From: Strigamia acuminata
Taxonomy: Eukaryota
NCBI GenBank assembly: GCA_949358305.1
Contig: OX442314.1
Span: forward strand, 29,140,001-29,204,000
Reading direction: 5' to 3'
DNA: 64,000 nt
The translations under genes and the position numbers were made by a program. The stretch's first letter is position 1, and every line of letters starts with the position of its first letter. This document shows positions 1 to 10,657 of this stretch, one piece after another. The notes below the pieces were generated by a model. It made no database searches. It was not told the origin of the DNA and saw only the letters and a list, made by a program, of their open reading frames with translations.

Positions 1-444
1 GTGTTTGAATTGATAACGACCGTGTTGCATTTGATCGCCACTGGACTGATCAGTTTGTCGACAATTATTTACGGAATAATATCAACTGTTGTTTGTTGGG
101 TATTGGTGTATCCATCGATTGGTGTTTATCAAGTGATCATGGACATACCATTGAATGTGTGGATCGGATTTCTTATCGTGGTTTCAATTTCAGTTTTAAT
201 TTTAATGTTGGTTGAGAGAATTGCTTTTTCAGTTCGGACCGAAAGGCGGAAGAGGAAATTTAAATCTGAGAAAAACGATCAAATGTGCATCGGTTGTATG
301 GAAGAAGTAAAAAGTATTGCACTGGATCCTTGTGGCCATATTTGTTTCTGTGTCAGATGTTGGAATACTTGGAGACGTAAGAATAATACGTGTCCGGTTT
401 GTAGGAGAGGTGTTGTCAAAAGTCTACAAGTGTACTTGTATTAG
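1..444 (+). CDS. Membrane RING-HC E3 ligase, RNF26-like, array copy 1 (5' end lies outside the window)
   Basis: Hydrophobic TM-like segments are followed by a C-terminal C3HC4 RING: CIGC..DPCGHICFCVRC..CPVCRRGVVKSLQVYLY. It is homologous to the downstream copies but more diverged. Confidence 0.8.
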   Translation: MFELITTVLHLIATGLISLSTIIYGIISTVVCWVLVYPSIGVYQVIMDIPLNVWIGFLIVVSISVLILMLVERIAFSVRTERRKRKFKSEKNDQMCIGCMEEVKSIALDPCGHICFCVRCWNTWRRKNNTCPVCRRGVVKSLQVYLY

Positions 445-766
445 AGAGGTTCTGCCAGGCGTTAGACGGGAACGGCTGAAGCCTGGAAAACCGAGACGAC
501 ATCACTTTTTGTGCCGACATTATGGAGGCTGACTTGTGAGCTAAGCTTCACGTTGAGTGTGTAGGCTTTGTTGTTTGCTACGTCGTTGGAGAACATGTAA
601 AAACAACAGCAACGGGTGGGCGGAGCTAATTCTTCAAGTTGCCGTTCAGCAAGGACAGCAAGGAGGACAGATATGTTCTTTGTTCTTTGTGATGATGATG
701 ATAAGTAAAAATAAAAACACTTTCAAACAGTCAGGTTTACTTGTTAGTGAAGTCAAATAAGGTTTA

Positions 767-1178
767 CCGTATATCTTCCATTTGTCCGCGGGTCTCTAAT
801 TCCCCGCGGACCTCGATTAACACACGGGGATAAAATCGGCTATGTCAATAGCGCGCGGACCTCGAACAACGCGCGGGGGCAAAACGTTTTGCATACGTTT
901 CGGCAGAAAAGTACCGAAATGGATGAAAACGTTTCATTTATCAGACGTTTTGGCAGAAAAGTACCGAAACGTATGGAAAACGTTTCATTTGTCACCCTTT
1001 TTTGCTGTTTTACGTTCATATACGTTCAAAAAACCCAGCATCGGCCAATTGGCCAATGATGGGTTTTTGAACGTGTAAATAAGCCGCTCCCTCGGTTACT
1101 GCGCGGGCCTAGATTAGCTCGCAGGGCAAATTTTTTTGGTGCATATAGCGCACGGGGGCGCTAATGGAAGATGTACAT
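767..1178. mobile_element. Degenerate MITE-like element
   Basis: Imperfect terminal inverted repeats (ta|ccgtatatcttccatt ... aatggaagatgtac). It also has an internal hairpin acgttcaaaaaaccca..tgggtttttgaacgt and internal direct repeats (ggcagaaaagtaccgaaa x2). The right boundary is approximate. Confidence 0.5.
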
Positions 1179-1362
1179 AGTACATTCCATGTAATCTTGT
1201 GATGTTAAGAGCTGAGAGAATTATTTTGTAATTAATGAATGCAATTTATTTTTATTTGATTGTATTTCAATTGCGTTATTTGTGTTTCTTATCGGACACC
1301 AAAAATAGTCATCCACCATCAGCAAAAACAAAAATGCACAACTTGTTGTGTTTTGAAGTGGT

Positions 1363-2796
1363 TGGTGTGTTCTGTGCTTGGGATTGTATGGATGTAGTTG
1401 GATTTAGAAAATGACGGAACCTCGAAGTGACCAGTCCGTGGCATGGTATTTGCATGAATGCTTTATTAACATAAAAGTGCAGGTGGCGCTGTACGCGATC
1501 TCGTAATGTCACGAGAACGCGACGTGCATGACGTGCGTCACAATTAAAGAAGTAAACAAACGAAAGAATTGGAGTGACGAACACTCCAGTATCCCCTCAA
1601 TTGCGAACAGGGCAATTAAAAGAGAGCAATTAAAACAAACATTTGTACAGTGAACATTTAGCATTGAATAGAAAACAATTGAATTAGAAAGGGAAAAAGA
1701 AGCATTGGAATTTGAATTGAAGCACTTGAATAGGAATTGAAACACTGAAATTGAAGCATAGAATTTAAATAGCACATTGAATTGAATAACAAATAGTATT
1801 TGAACACATTGTGATTGAACATAATCACAGTAAAATTGAACATATGAATTGTAATTGAACATAAATTATTACACTGGAATTGTACGAATTTTTAAACATA
1901 ATGCAAATGGTTGCATGAATTTGTGTTACACTTTGTAATACACTTGAAATAAGTTGCATAGAACATTGAAACAAGAATTGAAATATTAGCATTGAACATT
2001 GTAATAATTGAGTTGGAACAACTCTCCCCTCCCCCCGAAAATGCTGGAAACAGCCAGAAAGGTCCAAAACGCGGAACCCAGTGTCCACAGCATGCATGGT
2101 GAACGTAGCATCAAGGTTTTTGGCGCCGGCGAATTTGGAGTGGAAAAGGCGGTGAAATGATGCGCTGGTCGGCATAGTGCAACCAGTCAGATTCCTGGCC
2201 GTAGGGCGGCTGCAGCGAGCCAACAATACCTGCCATTGTGGAATCGGAAGCGCACAAAACACAAGGCCTAACCACGCGGTCTCACGTGGTCAAGGGTCCG
2301 AATTTGGTTGAAAATGGCATTTGGACAGTCCGGAATGGAGGGAAAAAATCGTAGAAACACATTGCAATTTGCAATGAATAAAATGCATTTGCAAACTCAC
2401 AAACCGAAAAATAGGTTCACAACTGGAATCAGCAGCGTGGTCAGAAGGCATTGTGGTCGAAGGACAGCTTGTGGTCAGCGTGGTCAGCATGGTCGAAAAT
2501 TCGCACAGAAATCACAAAAAGTTACTGAATTTGGAGCAGCATGAATTCGTATCGCACCTCGTCGCCAATTTGGTGTGTTCTGTGCTTGGGATTGTATGGA
2601 TGTAGTTGGATTTAGAAAATGACGGAACCTCGAAGTGACCAGTCCGTGGCATGGTATTTGCATGAATGCTTTATTAACATAAAAGTGCAGGTTGCGCTGT
2701 ACGCGATCTCGTAATGTCACGAGAACGCGACGTGCATGACGTGCGTCACAATTAAAGAAGTAAACAAACGAAACAATTGGAGTGACGAACCCTCCA
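1363..2796 (-). mobile_element. Short non-autonomous LTR retroelement (TRIM-like)
   Basis: 226-bp LTRs at 1363-1588 and 2571-2796 with TG..CA ends and 3 visible mismatches. 5-bp TSD GTGGT. PBS TGGCGACGAGG (tRNA-Ser-like, 2557-2567) and PPT GAGGGGA next to the 3' LTR. No gag/pol ORF inside. Confidence 0.88.
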
Positions 2797-3075
2797 GTGG
2801 TTTGTGTCTGGTTTTGGGTTTTAGAATTCAAAATGACTGCCAAGGGGACAATTTAACAAGTAGGTAGATCAGTCATTATTACAATTACATCATTTTTAGC
2901 AAATGAAGCTCAATTAAAACAAAAACTGCTTCGACATTCAATGCCTGCAGTTTCAGCAAAGCAGTCCTAACCAAGGACCATGCCAAACTAAGTAGTAAGT
3001 AGCTAAAGTCAGGTTACTTATCAACTCACCACCAGATGTCACTACATGTATATGTTCCAAATCAGTGAATTTTTA

Positions 3076-3177
3076 ATTGTAATTTTCATCTTTATTGTGG
3101 TTTAAGAAGTACAATCATGTTTACATTGCATGTGGTGAGTTTTGCCTGAGCTCAAGACCATTTATGGATATTTTATT
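3076..3177 (+). pseudogene. Degraded internal fragment of the TM-RING gene family
   Basis: ttgtggtttaagaagtacaatcatgtttacattgcatgtggtg..tcaagacca aligns with the LWFKQYNHVYIACG-coding segment of the array copies (e.g. 3895-3996). Confidence 0.7.
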
Positions 3178-3433
3178 TGGTTACGTAGTTTAATATTTTA
3201 TTAATTTATAATTTGATTCTGAATTTCTTATACAGTGACGTCACCACAAGACAGTTATAGTTTTTCATGAAATTTCCCCGTTCATTTTATCAGTAGATAT
3301 GTCAATTTAATCTCTTCGTCATACAACTGTTATCACCCTGTAAGGTGTGACAACTTGTGCAATTACGAATTTTTTAACTCAAACTGTACGTATCTAAACA
3401 ATAGCAAGCTTCTTCCGATCCACACCAACAACA

Positions 3434-4528
3434 ATGAATTTCCTCGTACTCAATCCACATACCGTTTACCAAATACTCATTTCTTTATCATTACACTCGT
3501 GGATCAGAATCGTCGGATTCATCGCACAAACTGTACTGTGGATTTATGCCTTTAGAACAACAAACATCATAAATCCAAGACGTATTGAATTTGTCACTGA
3601 CCGCTGTAACAGGATAATAACCTTGATGTTAATAATGCTGTGTACATACATCCTTGGGGATCTTCTAGCCTTTATTTTATCATTACTTATCAGCTTTTTG
3701 CTATCATTGCCAGCCCTGTTGTATGCAGCCATCGCGGGATTGATCAATGCCATTGCATGGGTTGTTACATCCTTGGAATACCAAGTGACGAACAATACAA
3801 GTGTGAGCATCCTCCCCTATGACTCATTCTACCCATTGCTCGCTGTGCACCAGGCGATTGCGGCCATCTCGCTGTACTCCTGGATAGGATTTTCCATTGT
3901 AATTGCACCTTTGTTGTGGTTTAAGCAGTACAATCATGTCTACATAGCATGTGGTGTTTTTTGCCTCAATTCAAGACCACTTTTCAATATTTTATTTTGT
4001 ATTTTATCGCCAATAGGCGGCGTTTTTGAATTGATACCCATTGTGTTGTACTTGATCGCCACTGTGTTGATCGGTTTGGTGGATTTGCTGGTGACATTTA
4101 TTAGTGGTGTAGTTTATTTGCTATTGTTTAAGCCATTGATTGGTGTATTTCTCGTGATCGTGAACAGGTGGATCGGATTTTTCATAGTAGTTTCGATTTT
4201 GGTTTCGATTTCAGTGTTGTTTAAGGAAAATCAGTTTGTGAAGAAAGGAGTGGTGTTGTGCAGGGAAAACGCTTTATTGGCTTGGACCAATGCGATGTTT
4301 GTTTTGAAGAGGTGGAAATCTGCTGGGAGACTGTTTGTGCAGCGGTTTGTAATAATTGCCAAAGGTCGAATGTGCATTGAATGTTACGGAGAAGTTAGAA
4401 GTATTGTGCTCGATCCGTGTGGCCATATACATTTTTGTGCCGCATGTTGGGATACTTATAAACAGAGCAGGAATACGTGTCCGAAGTGTCAATTACCTTA
4501 TGTCAAAGGAATACAAGTTTTCTTGTAA
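3434..4528 (+). CDS. Membrane RING-HC E3 ligase, RNF26-like, array copy 2
   Basis: Intronless 364-aa ORF with multiple hydrophobic helices and a C-terminal RING CIEC..DPCGHIHFCAAC..CPKC..GIQVFL. Confidence 0.85.
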   Translation: MNFLVLNPHTVYQILISLSLHSWIRIVGFIAQTVLWIYAFRTTNIINPRRIEFVTDRCNRIITLMLIMLCTYILGDLLAFILSLLISFLLSLPALLYAAIAGLINAIAWVVTSLEYQVTNNTSVSILPYDSFYPLLAVHQAIAAISLYSWIGFSIVIAPLLWFKQYNHVYIACGVFCLNSRPLFNILFCILSPIGGVFELIPIVLYLIATVLIGLVDLLVTFISGVVYLLLFKPLIGVFLVIVNRWIGFFIVVSILVSISVLFKENQFVKKGVVLCRENALLAWTNAMFVLKRWKSAGRLFVQRFVIIAKGRMCIECYGEVRSIVLDPCGHIHFCAACWDTYKQSRNTCPKCQLPYVKGIQVFL

Positions 4529-4980
4529 TGAATGAATAATGAACAATTAACTTTGCAGTAGTTTTTATTTTAATAATCTTAATGAAAGGATTAAGTGCCA
4601 TGTCAAATTAATTTTTTGAATTGTCTGAATAAATTTGAAACGAACCTTATGTTGTCTTATGTTATGTCAAATCCAGCTCTGAGCAATCTTACTTAATTTT
4701 CTAAGAAGTTTATAAATCGTATTTACAAATGCACGTTTGAATGAAGGGCTGCTGTATTCAATAGTTTTAATAAATAATAAAATAATAAATTAAAAATTAA
4801 AAACTACTGTCTCATTTAATCATTAAAGGCTTTTACACACAAACATTCAACTTTCAACTTCCGGTTTGTGTAAATTTGTGAAATTTTCCAAAAATAAATT
4901 AAGCATAAAAAAAAAATTAAAATTTGGGCTTCTTCAAGCCCTAGAACAGGTCATTCCAAACATTATAAAAAAATAAATAA

Positions 4981-5183
4981 ATCTGCATTAATCGTGTTGA
5001 TTTGATCTTCTAGTTCTACTAATAACATATGTAAAGAATAATTTAAGAGGTGAAAAGTACTTTTTACCAATAAGTCACTTGCCAGCTATGTCAATCAGCA
5101 AATCAACAGCCAACGGTTCAGCTGCAGTTTGTTCGCTTTCAACAACTGGGTGGATAAACAAATTGTCACATAAAATAAAAATT
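4981..5183 (-). pseudogene. Duplicated fragment of the 3' exons of the ZBBX-like gene
   Basis: Near-identical to ~27801-28002, including the intron ends. Confidence 0.8.
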
Positions 5184-5269
5184 CTTGTACTTGTTGGAAT
5201 AATTAGTATGAATGCATGGTTCTATGTATTGTTAATTTATTTATTTGACCACAGAGGTCGTGTCGATAT

Positions 5270-6418
5270 TTGAACGTCAGTATGACGTGTGTATTTTTTC
5301 GTTTTTTATGCTGTATGACCTTGTTGGTCCAATTCAATGTCGAGCGAGTTGCTCGTTGTTTATCATTACACTCGTGGATTAGAATCATCGGATTCATCGC
5401 ACTAACTTTACTGTGGATTAGTACAATCATCTTAAACGGAAGACATATTGAATCTCCCGCTCAACGGAAAGAAGTCAACATCATAATAGGCGCTGCAATG
5501 AAAAGTTCAGACATCCTTTGGGCTTTTCTAACCTTAATTTTATCATTAACTATCAGCTTTTTGCTATCATTGTTGTTTGTAGCCAGCGGAGGATTGATCA
5601 ATGCCATTGCACGGGTTGCTACATTCTTGGAATACCCAGTGACGAACAATACAAGTGTGAGCATCCTCCACTTTGACGGTGACTCATTCTATCCATTGCT
5701 CGCTGTGCACCAGGCGATTGTGGCCATCTCGCTGTACTCTTGGATAGGATTTTCCATTGTAATTGCACCTTTGTTGTGGTTTAAGCAGTACAAACATGTC
5801 TACATAGCGTGTGGTGTTTTTTGCCTGACTTCAAGACCATTTTTAAATGTTTTATCGTCAATAGGTGGCGTTTTTGAATTGATACCCATCGTGTTGTACT
5901 TGATCGCCACTGTCTTGATCAGTCTGTTGGATTGGGTGTTGAGACTTATTGGTGGCATAATATCACGTGTTGTTTGTTTGCTATTGTTTTGGCCATTGGT
6001 TGGTGCGTATCGTGTGATCGTGGTTGTACCATTGAACGTGTGGATGGGATTTTTTATAGTGGTTTCGATTTTGATTTTGATTTTAGTGCTGTTTAAGGAT
6101 AATCAGTTTGTGAAGAAAGGAGTGGTGTTGTGCAGGGAAAATGCTTTATTGGCTCGGACCAATGCGGTGTTTGTTTTGAAGAGATGGAAATCTGTTGGGA
6201 GACGGTTTGTGCAGCGGTTGTTTAAATTTGATCGGATTGTAGTAATTGGCGAAGATCGAATGTGCATTGGATGTACCGAAGAAGTTAGAAGTATTGTGCT
6301 CGATCCGTGTGGCCATTTATGTTTTTGTGCCGCATGTTGGAATACTTATAAACGGAGCAAGAATACGTGTCCGAATTGTCGATTGCCTTATGTCAAAGGG
6401 ATACAAGCTTTCTTGTAA
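5270..6418 (+). CDS. Membrane RING-HC E3 ligase, RNF26-like, array copy 3 (altered 5' end)
   Basis: Open frame with TM segments and RING CIGC..DPCGHLCFCAAC..CPNC. Family homology starts only at ~5359 (SLHSWIRIIG), so the normal start and upstream region are replaced. In-frame ATG at 5282. Confidence 0.75.
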   Translation: MNVSMTCVFFRFLCCMTLLVQFNVERVARCLSLHSWIRIIGFIALTLLWISTIILNGRHIESPAQRKEVNIIIGAAMKSSDILWAFLTLILSLTISFLLSLLFVASGGLINAIARVATFLEYPVTNNTSVSILHFDGDSFYPLLAVHQAIVAISLYSWIGFSIVIAPLLWFKQYKHVYIACGVFCLTSRPFLNVLSSIGGVFELIPIVLYLIATVLISLLDWVLRLIGGIISRVVCLLLFWPLVGAYRVIVVVPLNVWMGFFIVVSILILILVLFKDNQFVKKGVVLCRENALLARTNAVFVLKRWKSVGRRFVQRLFKFDRIVVIGEDRMCIGCTEEVRSIVLDPCGHLCFCAACWNTYKRSKNTCPNCRLPYVKGIQAFL

Positions 6419-6698
6419 TGAATAATGAATAATTCACTTTGCAGTAGTTTTTACTTTAATAATCTTAATGAAAGGATTAAAAGTCATCATGTCGAATTAA
6501 TTTTTTGAATTATCTGGATAAATTTGAAAAACACCTCATGTTGTCTTATGTTATGTCAAATCCACCTCTGATCAATCTTACCTAATTTCGTGACAAGTTT
6601 TTAAATCGTATTTACAAATGAACGTTAGAATAAAGGTCTGATGTATTCAATAGTTTTAATAAATAATAAATGTCAAATTTGAAACTACTCTCGTTTAA

Positions 6699-6865
6699 TC
6701 ATTTTAAGGATGCAACAGCGGCTTTGTCGTCGAATCTGTCGCCATTGTCTTCTTCTTCATCTGCATTAATCGTGTTGATTTGCTCTTCTAGTTCTACTAA
6801 TAACATGCAAAGAATAATTTAAGAGGTGAAAAGTACTTGTTACCAATAAGTCACTTGCCAGCTAT
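6699..6865 (-). pseudogene. Second duplicated fragment of the terminal exon of the ZBBX-like gene
   Basis: Near-identical to ~27741-27907 (tcattttaaggatgcaacagcggctttgtcgtcg...cttgccagctat). Confidence 0.8.
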
Positions 6866-8119
6866 ACTTAGATAAACTAAATTCCCTGAATAATTAACTA
6901 ACTTAATTTTTAAAGTTAATCTCAAAATGGCAGAAATACAATAAGGACAAATTGAATTTCCAAAAATAATACTATAATTTATTCTGGAGCTTTAGAACAA
7001 ATTCACTTACTGTGTTACAAAAAATACTTAAACATTATAAATAAAGATAAAGAAACAATTTATACAATGACTAGGTTTGGATATTAAAGTAATGAATATT
7101 ACGAAAATAATAGAAAATATCGGCGAAAACGACTTCGTCTCGTTGCTGAAAAGGAGCTCGCAATGGCAACTGGCGATGGCAAACTTCTTCAGACTTCACT
7201 CTGCGAAAATGGCACGTTGACGGCGTTGACTCACGATGACAACGGACAATTTCCGAATTGGTGAAGTAGTCGGATATATTTCCGTTCGTACGATGGAAGA
7301 GCAATCGGACAATTTTCCGGCTTAATAAAATACTTACGAAACGAGTCCGTTTCGTTGATACGCTCGCAATATTTCGCGACGCAACTGTCACGATGAATTT
7401 CCCACTTAGCCAGTTGTTGGCTAGCAAGACGAGATCCCGCTGTCGAGTAACTTCAACCAAAGGAAAAAATATCCCGCAACAACAAGTAGATTGTTGAGAG
7501 AATGAGCCTAAATTCTGGCTAAAGTCACAAGCTACAGTACACGGTGAATGTTTAGATTTTCAGAGCTAATTTTTTGGTGACTTTTCATAAGCAAGAACTG
7601 TTTTAGACTGAGGTTTTTCTCCTCTTGAGCAGGAAGCACTTCCTGTCGCCCTTATGCTCACAGTCAGGTTGCCCTGGCAACCACCCACTTATTCCCCAAT
7701 CTTATCTGATTTTCCTTAACCAGACATAAAAAATATTACGGAGTAATAAAAATAAAATACAGACGCATTTCTGATAAGGGAAAAAAAGAATTTATTGACA
7801 AATATTTTCATCCCTTCGGTGACCACCGAGGTCACCGCAAAGGCCTTAATCTGTGAAAAAAATATTTAATTTTTATTACGTAGTTTCATATTGTATTAAT
7901 TTGTAATTTTATTCTGAATTTCTGATACAAGACAGACTTGGTTTTCATGAAATTTTCCCCGTTCATTTTATCAGTAGGTATATCAATTTAATCTCTTCGT
8001 CATACGACTGTTATCTTATCACCCTATAAGGTGTGACAGCTTGTGCAATTACGAATTATTTAATGCAAGTAGTGCTTATCTATACAACAGCCGACTTTTT
8101 CCGATCCGCACCAACAACA

Positions 8120-9049
8120 ATGAATTCAACAACATTGTATTTCTTCGTCCTCAATCCACAAACAGCCGTTTACCAAATACTCATTTCTTTATCATTACAC
8201 TCGTGGATTAGAATCATCGGATTCATCGCACTAACTCTACTGTGGATCATTGCACTCATCGTTAACGAAAGACACATTAAATCTCCCACTGAACGGAAAG
8301 AAGTCTACATCATAATAGGCGCTGCAATGGGTTCATACATCCTTTTGGATTTTCTAGCCTCAATTTTATCACTAACTATCAATGCCATTGCATTGGTTGT
8401 TACATTCTTGGAATACTCAGTGACGAACATTACAAGTGTGTATTTGAGCATCCTCCACTATGACTCATTCTACCCACTGCTCGCTGTGCACCAGGCGATT
8501 GCGGCCATTTCGCTGTACTCTTGGGTAGGATTTTCCATTGTAATTGCACCTTTGTTGTGGTTTAAGCAGTACAATCACGTCTACATAGCGTGTGGTGTTT
8601 TTTGCCTGAATTCAAGACCACTTTTAAATACTTTAGTTTATATTTTATCGTCAATAGGTGGCGTTTTTGAATTGATACCCATTCTGTTGTACTTGATCGC
8701 CACTCTGTTGATCAGTTTGTTGGATTTGGTGTATCTCGTGATCGCGGTGGTACCATTGACCGTGTGGATCGGATTTTTCATAGTGGTTTCGATTTTAGTG
8801 GTGTTTAAGGAAAATGAGTTTGTGAAGAAAGGAGTGGTGTTGTGCAGGGAAAATGCTTTATTGGCTCGGACCAATGCGGTGTTTGTTTTGAAGAGGTGGA
8901 AATCTGTTGGAAGACGGTTTGTGCAGCGGTTGTTTAAATCTAATCAGATTGTAGTAATTGCCGAAGATCGTGTCATTGAACCGCCAATACGTCGCAAGAG
9001 GGCGCTTGGACGTATCATACACATTGTTGATGAGTACACTAAACGTTAA
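8120..9049 (+). CDS. TM-RING family copy 4, lacking the RING (truncated variant or pseudogene)
   Basis: Open frame homologous to the other copies up to ..VIAEDR (8970). An unrelated basic tail VIEPPIRRKRALGRIIHIVDEYTKR* replaces the RING. Confidence 0.7.
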   Translation: MNSTTLYFFVLNPQTAVYQILISLSLHSWIRIIGFIALTLLWIIALIVNERHIKSPTERKEVYIIIGAAMGSYILLDFLASILSLTINAIALVVTFLEYSVTNITSVYLSILHYDSFYPLLAVHQAIAAISLYSWVGFSIVIAPLLWFKQYNHVYIACGVFCLNSRPLLNTLVYILSSIGGVFELIPILLYLIATLLISLLDLVYLVIAVVPLTVWIGFFIVVSILVVFKENEFVKKGVVLCRENALLARTNAVFVLKRWKSVGRRFVQRLFKSNQIVVIAEDRVIEPPIRRKRALGRIIHIVDEYTKR

Positions 9050-9340
9050 TTTAAGCTGGTAATCAGTGTCGTATGTAACCTGTGATTTGAATTTGAACAC
9101 GGTATACACCGATACAAAGTTGTCCAAACTTCTATTGGTTGAGCCGGATTACGCATAACAGTGGACTGTGCTCAACTACGCGGAAAAGTAGTTCTGTTTA
9201 TTTTCAACGAATTTCAGTGTAAAAAGTGATTAGAATGATGGATTTTATTTAATTGCTAATAAAATGTTTATTTAATTTGCTAAATCTGCTTTTTCCCATT
9301 TTAATCAATCAAACAATGTTAGCATAGTTTGTCGGTTTCT

Positions 9341-9889
9341 AATTTATCGCCTACAAAGAGGAAATGTGGAAAGAGACATGTTAACAGCATGTGGGATTCC
9401 ATCTCTCAATCTGGAAGATTACGGTTGCCCAAAGGTTTGTGAGATGTACGATGGAACCAATTTTAACGTAATCTGTGACTTGCACAAATACATCAAAAAA
9501 GAAAAAATTGCACATTGTCCAAAACTTGAATGTCTTTATTTTAAGAAATGGTATTTGAAACAAGTTCAGACTTGTTTGTAGTAATTTTTTAAACCAGTGT
9601 TTGTAACATATTCAGACTTGCCCTCAAGTGACTAATAGAAAAAATTACTACAAACAAGTCTGAACTTGTTTCAAATACCATTTCTTAAAATGATGACATT
9701 CAAGTTTAGGACAATGTGCAATTTTTTCTTTTTTGATGTATTTGTGCAAGTCGCAGATTACGTTAAAATTGGTTCCATCGTACAACCCACAAACCTTTGG
9801 GCAACCGTAATCTTCCAGATTGAGAGATGGAATCCCACATGCTGTTAACATGTCTCTTTTCACATTTCCACCTTTGTAGGCGATAAATT
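9341..9889. repeat. Long inverted duplication (arms 9341-9590 and 9639-9889, 48-bp spacer) containing a small Cys/His-rich ORF in each arm
   Basis: The arms are reverse complements with a handful of substitutions. Both encode MLTACGIPSLNLEDYGCPKVC..ICDLH..HCPKLEC..WYLKQVQTCL*. Confidence 0.95.
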
Positions 9890-10657
9890 CAGATCCAAAC
9901 TCCACTTTACATGTTCGAATGTAAACTTAAAAATAATATTTTACAATAATAATATTTTTATTTTCAAGAAATTTCTGATTCTCATCTCTCATATTCAATT
10001 ATATAAAAATTTGCATAAAGATACACATCTTTTATTATCTAATAAAATTTTAATGAAGTTTTTCATCTAACATATTCAATTAGATAAAAAATGATACCCA
10101 TCTTTTACTATATAATAGAAGACCAATGTTTACATCTGACAACCAATCCCTAATCACATCCGGGGGTGCTCTCACTAAATGTCAAGGAACTTCCTTACTT
10201 ACTTCCAGGAAGGCAGCCATCTTGGACTGGACTATATCCACTTTCAGGAAGGCAGCCATCTTGAAGTGATCTATATCCCCTTGTATACTACTAGCCGGTC
10301 CTGCATGTAAGGGCTCCATATTTGTTGCAGCTTCGGGCCTGGCAGTTTTTAAATTCGGCTCCGGGATCGACATATGTAGCATTGAATTGTTGTGCATTGG
10401 ATCGACGAACCACATTGGTGGATTAACCATAAGGCAAATTAGTCACATACCTACCGGTAAGTGACCCTGGCTATCAGCGGATTACTTCATTTTAGAAACG
10501 CCGTTATAGCGATGCCATTTTTAAGGCGCTTAGATACAGTTAGGTCAGGTTAAGTAAAATTAGGTTGAAAAACGGGCGTTGCTAAAGTGAAGTATATCCA
10601 ATTTCATGGCTGCCGCATCCAGTTGTGCGGGTTGTGCAACACATCCAAGCAACACGT

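Noticed and set aside
7071..7460. 129-aa minus-strand ORF in the spacer between array copies 3 and 4
   Set aside because: Non-ATG start and no recognisable motif; element boundaries could not be defined.
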